From IMG/VR virus record IMGVR_UViG_3300009593_002680: a stretch of DNA of 64,000 nucleotides; one strand, written 5' to 3'. This DNA is from a virus. A program made the position numbers and the translations under genes. The notes beneath the pieces are model-generated. The model was not told the origin of the DNA. It made no database searches and saw only the letters and a program-made list of their open reading frames with translations. Below, piece by piece: positions 19,690-29,357 of this stretch (positions within the stretch are counted from its first letter, which is position 1; each line of letters opens with the position of its first letter).

Positions 19690-20727
19690 ATGACAAACGC
19701 ATTAAATTATGTAAAAATTAAGAGCGGAACTTACCGTAAAAACGAAATCGTTGATACTGTATTTCCAATTCTTAAGCCACTTAATGTTGGTAAAAAAGGT
19801 GCTTTCATTACTGTAAACGGTACTGAAGTGATGGGTGATAAATTTGCAAGTATTAGGGTTTTAATAGAAGATCCTACTAAAGACTTAGAGTATGTTACTC
19901 CAGGTGTTTATGCAGAACAACCTAAAATCGACAACACTCCAAAAGATGAGGAAAGTGACGAACAAGCAATTGAGCGAATTCGTGAACGTTTTGATATTTT
20001 GGACAGAATGACTCATGCAGTAGCAGAAGGTACTGTAAGAGGTATGATAGTAAGTGGCCCTCCAGGAGTTGGTAAGTCATTTGGTGTTGAAACTGTTCTT
20101 GAAGATTATGACATGCTTACAGAAGTTGCTGGTAAACCTGCAAGAACTGAAGTTGTTAAAGGTTCAGTTACACCAATTGGTCTTTTCCAAACACTTTATA
20201 ACAATTCACAAAAAGGTAACATCTTAGTATTTGATGACTGTGATAGTGTGTTGTTTGATGAAGTATGTTTGAACATGCTTAAGGCTACACTTGATTCAGG
20301 TAAGAAAAGAACTATTACTTGGAAGTCAGAATCACAAGCACTTAGAAGGGAAGGTATTCCTGATAGGTTTGAATTCAAAGGTGGTTGTATCTTTATTACT
20401 AACGTTGATTTTGAAAACGTTCGTTCTAAGAAGATTAAGGATCACTTGGCGGCACTTATGTCAAGATGTCATTACCTAGACCTTACAATGAACTCTAAAA
20501 GAGATAAGTTTCTAAGGATTAACCAAATCGTTAGAGATGGTATGCTTGATGAGTATGGGTTTGGGAAAGAAGGAGATAAAGAAATTATCGACTTCATGAC
20601 TGAGAACCAAGACATCGTAAGAGAGATTAGTTTGCGTATGGTTTTAAAGATTGCGGATCTTAAGAAAATGGATTCTGAGAACTGGCAAAAACTAGCCAAA
20701 ACAACTTGCATGTCTGGAGCAATATAA
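19690..20727 (+). CDS. AAA+ ATPase (conserved phage family)
   Basis: GPPGVGKS Walker A, LVFDDCD Walker B, IFITN, SRC. Confidence 0.88.
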   Translation: MTNALNYVKIKSGTYRKNEIVDTVFPILKPLNVGKKGAFITVNGTEVMGDKFASIRVLIEDPTKDLEYVTPGVYAEQPKIDNTPKDEESDEQAIERIRERFDILDRMTHAVAEGTVRGMIVSGPPGVGKSFGVETVLEDYDMLTEVAGKPARTEVVKGSVTPIGLFQTLYNNSQKGNILVFDDCDSVLFDEVCLNMLKATLDSGKKRTITWKSESQALRREGIPDRFEFKGGCIFITNVDFENVRSKKIKDHLAALMSRCHYLDLTMNSKRDKFLRINQIVRDGMLDEYGFGKEGDKEIIDFMTENQDIVREISLRMVLKIADLKKMDSENWQKLAKTTCMSGAI

Positions 20728-20741
20728 GATAATTATATATT

Positions 20742-20791
20742 GCTAACGGTTCCCTGGTGCTCAACGTTAGTCATCCCCCACTAGAGCACCA
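20742..20791 (+). other. Structured 3' UTR element (possible H-type pseudoknot)
   Basis: gctaacg/cgttagt and tggtgctc/gagcacca stems are interleaved. Confidence 0.5.
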
Positions 20792-20793
20792 TA

Positions 20794-20825
20794 GAAGCCC
20801 GGAGTTCTTCCGGGCTTCACCTTTT
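20794..20825 (+). terminator. Rho-independent terminator-like hairpin
   Basis: gaagcccgga-gttct-tccgggcttc (10-bp stem), then acctttt. Confidence 0.75.
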
Positions 20826-20848
20826 GTGCATTTAATTCTAGAATTAAC

Positions 20849-20876
20849 TTGACTTTTCAGTAGAAAGACGTATAAT
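20849..20876 (+). promoter_or_regulatory. sigma70-like promoter for the TonB-dependent receptor gene
   Basis: TTGACT-16-TATAAT. Confidence 0.75.
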
Positions 20877-20906
20877 TAATATAGAATTAACCAACCTGGA
20901 GACAGA

Positions 20907-22649
20907 ATGAAGAACGGAAACAAAATTGACTGGAATTTCCATATCAATTTTTCTCCGATGTATGCGGCTTTTGTATGGATGGTATTGTTCTCAGTAGCAA
21001 TATGTATAAGTCCAAAAGCACAAGCAGAGGAGATAGAAGAAGTTGTGGTAGTGGCACAACAGACTAAAACAGTTAAAACAGATCCACTAAAAGAGAATTC
21101 CTTTATAAGAGCATTACTACCTAGTCATACTTGGACTGCTGGTGGACAAGGTGCTTTTCAAGGATATAACGAACGTGGTGCTCAAAATGTACACACCACA
21201 GTATATAGAAATGGCATACCAGCAAATTTACCTGGTACTGCATGGTATGACTTTGGAACAGAATTAGTAACTGGACAAGAAGTTAAAATTATTTCTGGTG
21301 CTAATAGTGTTGTATATGGAAGTGGTAGTATTGCTGGAACAATATTAATCAAAGACACTATTCAAAAGAGTGCAACAGCATCATTTGGAACAGACAGTAA
21401 TAGATATTTAAGTCTTGCACCTACTAATTGGCTTCAATATACTGCAATGGAAGTAAAGCAAGGTAGTGCTAGAAATGATAATGTAGAAGAAGACATATAC
21501 AGTAATAGAAATGCAAAGTTAAATTTTGACTTACAAGACTTTACAATTACAATGAATTATACTGATTATACATATGATTATGATAACTGTTATGATTCTC
21601 AATTTGAAGCATCAAATGATTGTGAACAAGATGGTGAGAAGTATAATATTGCAGTAAACAACGAATACCTTACAATAGGTAGAACACATGATAAATCAGA
21701 ATACTATACAGGTGATTGGATGTCTTTCTATAGTGAAAGTAGCACAGACTATTTACGAGTAGGCGACCAAACTAACCTTTCACAAAAATTGCAAGTTGCA
21801 TATGGACTTGATGCAAGTCATGAACAGTATGAAACATTAAGTGATGATTACAATAGAGATAACTATGGTGCTTACTTAAATATTAATGCCGACTTTGCCA
21901 TGAAATATAACTTTGGTTTTAGAGTTGGCAATGAAGACCAAAACGCATTACGATTTGGACTTGAAAGTGGACCATTCTTTTTAAATGTTGGAAACAGTTT
22001 TAGAAGACCTACATTATATGAACAAAATGGTGACGGCTATGTAGATGCTAACTTAGACTTATTGCCTGAAGAAGCAGTAGGGTATGAAATTGGTTTTGGT
22101 GTATTAAGTTTATTTAGATATGAATTTGAACAAGCAATTGAATATACACCAGGGTTTTATGAAGATGTTACATCATCAGAAACTGTTCCTATCTATGATG
22201 AAGATGGAAATGATACAGGTGAAGTAGAAGTAATTATAACAACTGAACAAGTTTGGAACGCACCTAAATACTACAATACGGGGTCATACGAAACAACAGG
22301 TTTTAGATACTCTCAAACATTTGGAGCATTTGGTGTTGCACTTAAATACACTGATACGGACCAACCAAGAGTTCCTAAGTATGTTGGTGTGTTTAGTTGG
22401 GACCAAGATTTTGGAAGTCATAATTTTAACATTACATATAGAGGACAGTTTGAAAGAATACCTGGAATATTTGATGGTGATGAATTAGAAGATTTACAAA
22501 ATTTATCTTTTAGATATATTAAAACTTTTGCTAATGAATTAGAACTAGCATTAAGAGTTGATAATGTATTAGATGAAGAATTAGAAGTACTTCCTGGATA
22601 TAACAATCGTGGAAGACAATTTATGTTGACAATACAACGAAAATGGTAG
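20907..22649 (+). CDS. TonB-dependent outer-membrane receptor (BtuB/FepA-like, compact)
   Basis: Signal peptide ending AQA|EE; TonB box EEVVVVA; plug RGA...VYRNGIP...ISGANSVVYGSGSIAGTI; C-terminal DNVLDE...GRQFMLTIQRKW beta-signal. Confidence 0.9.
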   Translation: MKNGNKIDWNFHINFSPMYAAFVWMVLFSVAICISPKAQAEEIEEVVVVAQQTKTVKTDPLKENSFIRALLPSHTWTAGGQGAFQGYNERGAQNVHTTVYRNGIPANLPGTAWYDFGTELVTGQEVKIISGANSVVYGSGSIAGTILIKDTIQKSATASFGTDSNRYLSLAPTNWLQYTAMEVKQGSARNDNVEEDIYSNRNAKLNFDLQDFTITMNYTDYTYDYDNCYDSQFEASNDCEQDGEKYNIAVNNEYLTIGRTHDKSEYYTGDWMSFYSESSTDYLRVGDQTNLSQKLQVAYGLDASHEQYETLSDDYNRDNYGAYLNINADFAMKYNFGFRVGNEDQNALRFGLESGPFFLNVGNSFRRPTLYEQNGDGYVDANLDLLPEEAVGYEIGFGVLSLFRYEFEQAIEYTPGFYEDVTSSETVPIYDEDGNDTGEVEVIITTEQVWNAPKYYNTGSYETTGFRYSQTFGAFGVALKYTDTDQPRVPKYVGVFSWDQDFGSHNFNITYRGQFERIPGIFDGDELEDLQNLSFRYIKTFANELELALRVDNVLDEELEVLPGYNNRGRQFMLTIQRKW

Positions 22650-22660
22650 TATAATAAACT

Positions 22661-24118
22661 ATGGCTAAATGTGTTCTAGAAATACGTGATGAAGTAAATG
22701 TTAAGTTCTCTGGTTTAGCACCGAGTACAAGACGTAAAATTTCTGACGAAGCAAAATACTTTTTACCTTATGCATATCATATGCCTGCTTATAAATTAGG
22801 CAGATGGGATGGTTGCGTAAGGTATTGTGATATTGGCGGTAGAACATATATGAACTTGTTGGATAGATTAATACCTATTGTACAAGCAGATGGATATGAA
22901 ATAGAAATAGATGACCAACGTGATGAATGGAAGTTTGATTTTGAACCCATAGAACAAACAAGGTATGAAAACATAGCATGGCCCAAAGGGCATCCTGCAG
23001 ATGGCGAACCTATTATTTTAAGGGATTACCAAGTACAAGTTATTAATGAGTTTTTAACTAATCCACAAAGTTTGCAAGAAGTGGCTACAGGCGCCGGTAA
23101 AACACTCATAACTGCCGCCTTAAGCGACTTATGTGAGCCCTATGGTAGAACAATAGTAATTGTTCCTAATAAAGATTTAGTTGTACAAACAGAACGAGAT
23201 TATAAAAACTTAGGTCTTGATGTTGGTGTACTGTTTGGTGATAGAAAAGAATATGATAAAACACATACAATTTGTACTTGGCAAAGTCTTGCAATACTAG
23301 AAAAGAAAAGTAAAAAGTATGAAGCAGATTTTCCAATAGACTTGTTCTTACAAGGTGTTGTATGTATTATGGTAGACGAAGTACATAAAGCAAAAGCAGA
23401 TGTATTAAGAAATCTACTAGGTGGTGTGTTTGCTAATGTTCCTATTCGTTGGGGACTAACAGGAACTATTCCTAAAGATGACTATGAAGCAATTGGTTGT
23501 ACATGTTGTTTAGGACCTGTTACAGGAAACCTTAGCAGTAAAGAACTACAAGATAAAGGTGTGTTAGCAAACTTAGACATTAACATATTCCAACTACAAG
23601 ATGGAGTTTTAGGTTTTAATAACTATGCACAAGAATTAAAATGGCTTGTAACAGACGACCCTAGAGTAACTCACATAAGTGATATTATTAAAGGGTTAAG
23701 TGGAACAGGCAATACACTTGTACTAATAGATAGATTAGCAACAGGTGAATTACTTATAGATAAAAATCCTGATTGGGTTTTTATAAGTGGAGATATGAAA
23801 GTTTCTGATAGGCAATCAGAGTATGCACAAATATCAGAAATGGATAATAAAGTAATTGTTGCAACGTACGGAGTTGCGGCGGTCGGTATTAATATTCCTC
23901 GAATATTTAATTTGGTTCTTTTAGAGCCAGGTAAAAGTTTCGTAAGAGTAATACAAAGTATCGGAAGAGGAATCCGTAAAGCAGAAGACAAAGACTATTT
24001 GAATGTTGTCGACATTACAAGTAATCTTAAGTATAGTAAGCGACATTTAACTAAAAGAAAAGCATTCTATAAAGAACAAGGATTCCCTTTTCAAGTTACT
24101 AAAGTGGAGTATAAATGA
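22661..24118 (+). CDS. uvsW: UvsW-like superfamily 2 helicase
   Basis: LRDYQ, ATGAGKT, VDEVH, GLTGT, VGINIP, QSIGRGIR; promoter TTGACA-18-TATAAT at 22626-22655. Confidence 0.93.
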   Translation: MAKCVLEIRDEVNVKFSGLAPSTRRKISDEAKYFLPYAYHMPAYKLGRWDGCVRYCDIGGRTYMNLLDRLIPIVQADGYEIEIDDQRDEWKFDFEPIEQTRYENIAWPKGHPADGEPIILRDYQVQVINEFLTNPQSLQEVATGAGKTLITAALSDLCEPYGRTIVIVPNKDLVVQTERDYKNLGLDVGVLFGDRKEYDKTHTICTWQSLAILEKKSKKYEADFPIDLFLQGVVCIMVDEVHKAKADVLRNLLGGVFANVPIRWGLTGTIPKDDYEAIGCTCCLGPVTGNLSSKELQDKGVLANLDINIFQLQDGVLGFNNYAQELKWLVTDDPRVTHISDIIKGLSGTGNTLVLIDRLATGELLIDKNPDWVFISGDMKVSDRQSEYAQISEMDNKVIVATYGVAAVGINIPRIFNLVLLEPGKSFVRVIQSIGRGIRKAEDKDYLNVVDITSNLKYSKRHLTKRKAFYKEQGFPFQVTKVEYK

Positions 24119-24618
24119 AAATATTAACAGTAGATAATTCCGTATATGAGATAGACCAAGTACCTGATGAAATAGATGATATCAGATTTGGTGTATTTGA
24201 CACTAGTGATCCAGAATGGATGGATTACTATTTTTTACCTCTAATCTTTTTAGAGAGTTTTTATGCACCTGCAATATGTTTACAAATAGGAGAACACAAT
24301 ATACAAATGCCTATGGATTGGAGTATTGCAATAACAGATGAAGATTTAAGTGGTATTGAAGTTATACCTTTGACTAGTTTAAACAATAGAGGATTCTTAA
24401 CTGCAACGTTAAATCCCTTGAGTGGTAGGCTCATTGAATGTCATGAAGTAAAAATTACAAATATATTTCAAGATGTAAAATGGTACTTTCCTAAATTAAA
24501 AAATGGACACATGTTGTTGGCACCTTTAGAAAGTAGAGATAATCCACAATGTGCTATGTTTGTTAAAGAAGCAAACAAAATTCCAAATGAAATTGATATA
24601 GGTCATTTACTAGACTAG
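24115..24618 (+). CDS. Hypothetical protein
   Basis: 167 aa; ATGA overlap with uvsW. Confidence 0.65.
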   Translation: MKILTVDNSVYEIDQVPDEIDDIRFGVFDTSDPEWMDYYFLPLIFLESFYAPAICLQIGEHNIQMPMDWSIAITDEDLSGIEVIPLTSLNNRGFLTATLNPLSGRLIECHEVKITNIFQDVKWYFPKLKNGHMLLAPLESRDNPQCAMFVKEANKIPNEIDIGHLLD

Positions 24619-24627
24619 GAGGTTAAT

Positions 24628-25380
24628 ATGGCAAAATATAGATATAGAATTGACGGCGGAAGATATGGAGGAGAACTTACAGTAGGAGAAGTTACTGATG
24701 AGTTTGTAAGATTTTGGGTACCTAGGATTGAAGATGATGGTGCATACGAACAATTTATTCCACATGTACTTTCTTTAGGTGAATGGGACGATGACGAAGA
24801 TATTATTTCTGAGTCTCCTGCTATTTTAGAAGATAGAGATGATATTCCTGGTTGGTATGAATTAGATGGTATTGAGCATATAAACGCCGCCTACGCAGAT
24901 GGTGGCTTTTTTGTTTCTAGTGTAAAACCAGATGGAGAAGCAGATTGGGATTACGATGAAGGCGAAATGGAAATAGAAGGGCATTGTTTAAAAGGTAGAG
25001 AAGGAGCATATATAAGCATAGAAACAGAAGGTGAAACTCCAGAAGGCTGTACACCTGTTATGCTTTTCCATAGTGCAGAAAAAGGTGGCTTTGCAAGTTG
25101 GTTTGTAGACTCAGACGAACCTTTCGACCCTGACAAGTTAGTTTTTAGTATTGTAGAAACACACTTAGGTGATTTTATAGAAGATGTTTGGTATGATAAA
25201 GAATGGTTAGATCCAAATTATGACTGTAACGATACAACAGGCAAAAGTTATGAAGCCGCAGTTGGATGGATTACAGACAAATGGAGAGACCCATATGTAG
25301 ATCCTGAAGATAGCGACTTATCAGAGTATTGGGAAGAACATGAAGAGAATCTTGCATGGGAAGAAGAGAATGGATCTTAA
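24628..25380 (+). CDS. Acidic hypothetical protein
   Basis: 250 aa; ggaggt RBS. Confidence 0.65.
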   Translation: MAKYRYRIDGGRYGGELTVGEVTDEFVRFWVPRIEDDGAYEQFIPHVLSLGEWDDDEDIISESPAILEDRDDIPGWYELDGIEHINAAYADGGFFVSSVKPDGEADWDYDEGEMEIEGHCLKGREGAYISIETEGETPEGCTPVMLFHSAEKGGFASWFVDSDEPFDPDKLVFSIVETHLGDFIEDVWYDKEWLDPNYDCNDTTGKSYEAAVGWITDKWRDPYVDPEDSDLSEYWEEHEENLAWEEENGS

Positions 25381-25900
25381 AGAACTTATAACTACTGTAC
25401 CTGACTTTCCTGTTAAAGGAATACAGTACAAAGACGTTACTAGCATTCTAACACAACCACAAGCATTTCAATATACAGTTACAAAACTAACTGATTACTG
25501 TATGCGTAATAAAGTTACAGATATTGTGGCTCCGGATGCCAGAGGATTTTTATGGGGTGCTCCAGTGGCATTAGATATGGAAATACCTTTACACATAGTT
25601 CGTAAACCAGGTAAACTACCTCCCCCAACATTTGAGCATCACTTTACATATGAGTATGCAGAAACTAACTTAAACATAAAGCAGGACGCAAAATTAGGGC
25701 CAGACAGCAACGTTTGTATTATGGATGATGTAAATGCTACGGGTGGTACTGCAAGTGCTATATTTGAACTGCTACAAAACTTTAATTGCCAACCTTTGCA
25801 TTATGCATGTGTAATTGACTTGACTTTCTTAGAAGGAAGTGCTAAACTGCAAGAGTATTGCGGAATGGATACTTTTAGTGTGATATCTTATGACGAATGA
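25370..25900 (+). CDS. apt: Adenine phosphoribosyltransferase
   Basis: Start re-called at 25370 (MDLKELITTVPDFPVKGIQYKD); DARGF, VRKPGKLP, MDDVNATGGT PRPP-binding loop. Confidence 0.92.
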   Translation: MDLKELITTVPDFPVKGIQYKDVTSILTQPQAFQYTVTKLTDYCMRNKVTDIVAPDARGFLWGAPVALDMEIPLHIVRKPGKLPPPTFEHHFTYEYAETNLNIKQDAKLGPDSNVCIMDDVNATGGTASAIFELLQNFNCQPLHYACVIDLTFLEGSAKLQEYCGMDTFSVISYDE

Positions 25901-26450
25901 GTTTAATAATATAATTTTAATTGCTTTAAAAGAAGAAGCACCTACTATGGCTAAATGGAGTAATGTGTTTTTTACAGGTGTTGGAAAAGTAAATGCAGGT
26001 ATTTGTGCTGGTAAACTTATTGAAAGATATAAACCTACAACTGTTTGGAACTTTGGTACAGCAGGTGGTATTAGTGTTAGTAGTGGGTTACATGAAATGA
26101 AAAACTTTGTACAACGTGATATGTTATGCAGTGAACTAGGATTTGGTATAGGACAAACACCTTTTGAAGAAAGTGGTATTATTAGTTTTGGAGACCCAAT
26201 AGATGATATGTGTTGTAGTAGCGGTGATAATTTTGTTAGTGGTGATTCAGATTTGGGCATTATCTCAGATGTGGTAGAAATGGAAGCCTATGCAATAGCA
26301 AAAGCATGTCAAAAAACAGGAACAAATTTTAAATGTTTTAAATATGTAAGTGACCAAGCAGATGAAAATGCTAGTAAAGATTGGAGCGAAACTGTAGCAG
26401 ATGGAGAACAGCATTATATAAACGCATACTTGGATCACAATAATGGCTAA
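25890..26450 (+). CDS. MTA/SAH nucleosidase-like protein (PNP_UDP_1 fold)
   Basis: GVGKVNA, NFGTAGG, SGDNFV, VEMEAYAIA, KYVSDQAD. Confidence 0.85.
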   Translation: MTNEFNNIILIALKEEAPTMAKWSNVFFTGVGKVNAGICAGKLIERYKPTTVWNFGTAGGISVSSGLHEMKNFVQRDMLCSELGFGIGQTPFEESGIISFGDPIDDMCCSSGDNFVSGDSDLGIISDVVEMEAYAIAKACQKTGTNFKCFKYVSDQADENASKDWSETVADGEQHYINAYLDHNNG

Positions 26451-26907
26451 GAAACCTCAAATACCTTTAGCAGAAGTTATGAAAGCCATAGATAAAAAAG
26501 ACCGTGGCTGGTATAATAGATTGAGTGCTGAACAAAAGAAGGCATTTAGTGCCTGGATGATGATGAGGTATGCAAGTAGTGTACAAGGTGGCTCTGCACC
26601 AGATTATATTTGGATGGTTAATGAATTAGTAAATCATAAATTTTCTGACGTAAGTAAATATCCAGAATTACAATGGTTACTGATGACAGCAGTAGGTAGT
26701 GGTAAAGTACAACATCACCCATACATAAAACCACCTAACAGTAAAAGAAAGAAAAATAAAATATCAGATGCTATTGCAAAGATATATCCTCATATTAGTC
26801 AAGAAGAGATAAATTTACTATTAAGCATTAATGATAAAGATGAACTAAAGCAGTTTTTCCAAGCACATGCTTATACAGATAAAGAAATAAAAGAGTTAAT
26901 GAAATGA
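26443..26907 (+). CDS. Clamp-loader small subunit (gp62-like)
   Basis: F.AWMMMRY.S...VNELVN...HP.LQW pattern; replication context. Confidence 0.6.
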   Translation: MAKKPQIPLAEVMKAIDKKDRGWYNRLSAEQKKAFSAWMMMRYASSVQGGSAPDYIWMVNELVNHKFSDVSKYPELQWLLMTAVGSGKVQHHPYIKPPNSKRKKNKISDAIAKIYPHISQEEINLLLSINDKDELKQFFQAHAYTDKEIKELMK

Positions 26908-27572
26908 AGTGTAAATGGTGTAACAAAGAGTTTGCAAGTGAAAGAACACTCTCGGCTCATATGTGCGTAAAGAAAAGACGTTGGGCAGATAGAGATATGA
27001 GCCATATACGTTTAGGACACAGAGCATTTCAAATGTTTTATGAATTGAATACAAGTGCTAAAGAACCTAAGAGTATAGAAGACTTTATTATGAGTCAATA
27101 CTATGAAGCATTTGTAAAGTTTGGTAGAAGTTGTATGACCAATGAATGGTTACAACCAGAAAAGTACACAGAATGGTTAATTAAAAATGGTGTTAAGTTA
27201 AAGCAATGGACATCAGATAGACAGTATGATAAATTTGTAAAAGATTATGTTAGAAAAGAACCAGGACTAAAAGCATTAGAAAGGACTATTATATATCTTG
27301 CTAAATGGAGTGAAGAAAGCGATAACAAATGGCAAGATTACTTTACTACAGTAAGTCCAAGCAGAGCAGTACATGATATAAGAGCGGCAAAAGTTAGTCC
27401 TTGGGTAATATATTTAAGTAGCACAGGCAACAAGTTATTGGAAAGATTCAATGACGAACAAGTCCAAATGATAGATGAGATGATAGATCCTCCATTTTGG
27501 ATGAAACTCTTTACAACAAGTAAAGAAGAAGTAAAAACAATAAAACAAACATGTAAGGATGCAAATATATGA
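26904..27572 (+). CDS. Hypothetical protein with N-terminal Zn finger
   Basis: CKWC...HMC. Confidence 0.65.
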   Translation: MKCKWCNKEFASERTLSAHMCVKKRRWADRDMSHIRLGHRAFQMFYELNTSAKEPKSIEDFIMSQYYEAFVKFGRSCMTNEWLQPEKYTEWLIKNGVKLKQWTSDRQYDKFVKDYVRKEPGLKALERTIIYLAKWSEESDNKWQDYFTTVSPSRAVHDIRAAKVSPWVIYLSSTGNKLLERFNDEQVQMIDEMIDPPFWMKLFTTSKEEVKTIKQTCKDANI

Positions 27573-28246
27573 ACGTTAATTTAGTTAGTTATAGTAAGTC
27601 AGACGGAAGTCACTTAATTGAAAGTACAAGTGCAACAGAGTTAGTTGCCTATTGTGCCAGAGTAAGTAATCCGGAGAACCAATTTAATAAAGAAACAAGT
27701 GATAAACTTATAAAATATTTAATGAAACATAAACACTGGTCACCACTAGAGATGGTTAGTGTGTGTTTAGAAATAGAAACAACAAGAGATATTGGAAGGC
27801 AAATTCTAAGACATAGAAGTTTTAGTTTTCAAGAATTCAGTCAACGTTATGCAGACCCCACAAACAATTTAGACTTTGAAGTTAGAGAAGCAAGATTTCA
27901 AGATCCTAAAAATAGGCAAAATAGTATTGATGCCGATGATACTCATGATTATGAAATTATATCTAAATGGAAAGAAAAGCAAGAGTATTTAATTAGGCTG
28001 GCAAGAGATACATATTTTTGGGCAACTGAAAATGGTATTGCAAAAGAACAGGCAAGAGCGGTACTACCAGAAGGCAATACAATGAGTAGAATGTATGTTA
28101 ATGGTACATTAAGAAGTTGGGTTCACTACATAGAGTTGAGAGGTGCAAATGGTACTCAAAAAGAACATATTGAGATTGCCAAAGCAGTAGCAAAAGTAAT
28201 TAGTAAAATTTTTCCACTAGCAAATGAGGTTATAAACGATGAATGA
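27569..28246 (+). CDS. thyX: Flavin-dependent thymidylate synthase
   Basis: HWSPLEM, QILRHRSFSFQEFSQRY, ARAVLP. Confidence 0.96.
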   Translation: MNVNLVSYSKSDGSHLIESTSATELVAYCARVSNPENQFNKETSDKLIKYLMKHKHWSPLEMVSVCLEIETTRDIGRQILRHRSFSFQEFSQRYADPTNNLDFEVREARFQDPKNRQNSIDADDTHDYEIISKWKEKQEYLIRLARDTYFWATENGIAKEQARAVLPEGNTMSRMYVNGTLRSWVHYIELRGANGTQKEHIEIAKAVAKVISKIFPLANEVINDE

Positions 28247-28559
28247 ATACACTCTAAGTCCGTATCTCACTGATACAATTACATTGACAAATGACAATGA
28301 TACTGTTACACTTACAGATGGAAGTTTAGATTCTGGATTTACATTACAAGGTATGACAAGTAGTTCAGGAACAGTCACAATTGATACCAGTGTTTTAGAC
28401 CAGAATATTACAATCGGAGGTACAACATTACACGAAAGTGATATTAAAGATATAAGAGTACTATTAGATATTATTAAGGAATTAGATGACGACAATCCTA
28501 TCAAAGCATTGTTTAATTCTAAAAAAATGTTAGACAAAATGAAGGTAAAAGATGAATGA
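28239..28559 (+). CDS. Hypothetical protein
   Basis: 106 aa; Thr-rich N-terminus; coupled. Confidence 0.55.
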   Translation: MNEYTLSPYLTDTITLTNDNDTVTLTDGSLDSGFTLQGMTSSSGTVTIDTSVLDQNITIGGTTLHESDIKDIRVLLDIIKELDDDNPIKALFNSKKMLDKMKVKDE

Positions 28560-28776
28560 AGCATACGCAAAAGAGTGTATAATAGAATGCACAGATAATG
28601 GTAAAACTGTAGAAGCAGAAGTTGGCAACTTTAAACCAGAAGAGTTTTTACAAGTGTTTATGAATACAGTTAAAGTAACATTACAATATCAGCCAGCACA
28701 TAAAGTTTATGTGGGTAGTATGGCTGGTATGGAGTTTGTTACAAACGGACCAAAGGTAGTTGGAACTTATAGATGA
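28552..28776 (+). CDS. Hypothetical protein
   Basis: 74 aa; coupled. Confidence 0.55.
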   Translation: MNEAYAKECIIECTDNGKTVEAEVGNFKPEEFLQVFMNTVKVTLQYQPAHKVYVGSMAGMEFVTNGPKVVGTYR

Positions 28777-29357
28777 AAATAAATTTTGATGTAGACATCG
28801 ATATGGCAGATAGAGATGAGTTTTTAAAACTTGTTGAACATATTCCTGCTAGTATTAAACGTGATGGTGAATTTGAAAAGCACAACACTGGTGTTTATTT
28901 CCAACCTATTCCAAACTTTCCTGTTGAAGGGTACAGTACAATAGACCACAAAGAAGCAGAGGAATTAGGATACTTTAAAGTTGATTTTCTAAATAACCAT
29001 GTGTACGAAGGTATAAAAGATGAAGCACATCTTGATAAACTACTTAATACAGAACCTATGTGGGAGTTGTTTGGTCATAAAGAAATAGTTGAGCAATTAT
29101 TCCATGTTGGTAATCACTTTGAAATTATTAAACAACACATGCCTAACAGTATAGAACAACTTGCAATGATACTTGCTATGATTAGACCAGGTAAAAGATA
29201 TTTGGTTGGAAACGATTGGTCAGTTATTGAAAAGGAAGTTTGGCAAAAAACAGATGATTATTTCTTTAAAAGAAGTCATGCAATAGGATATGCAACATTA
29301 ATTCTTGTGCAATTAAATTTAATTGTGGAATCTACTCTTCAGGCGGAATCTTCTTAA
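28773..29357 (+). CDS. DNA polymerase III alpha (DnaE)-like fragment
   Basis: DVDID, KHNTGVYF, GYFKVDFLN, LAMIRPG, FKRSHAIGYA in only 194 aa. Confidence 0.75.
   Translation: MKINFDVDIDMADRDEFLKLVEHIPASIKRDGEFEKHNTGVYFQPIPNFPVEGYSTIDHKEAEELGYFKVDFLNNHVYEGIKDEAHLDKLLNTEPMWELFGHKEIVEQLFHVGNHFEIIKQHMPNSIEQLAMILAMIRPGKRYLVGNDWSVIEKEVWQKTDDYFFKRSHAIGYATLILVQLNLIVESTLQAESS

Noticed and set aside
20727-20774. 13-codon minus-strand mini-ORF (MTNVEHQGTVSNI) after a GGGGG run
   Set aside because: No spacing between the SD-like run and ATG; better explained as the complement of the 3' UTR structure
20728-20906. Cobalamin riboswitch upstream of the BtuB-like receptor
   Set aside because: No B12-box or conserved AGGGAA/ACTG core seen. 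The structure lies upstream of the terminator and receptor promoter, so it belongs to the ATPase transcript.
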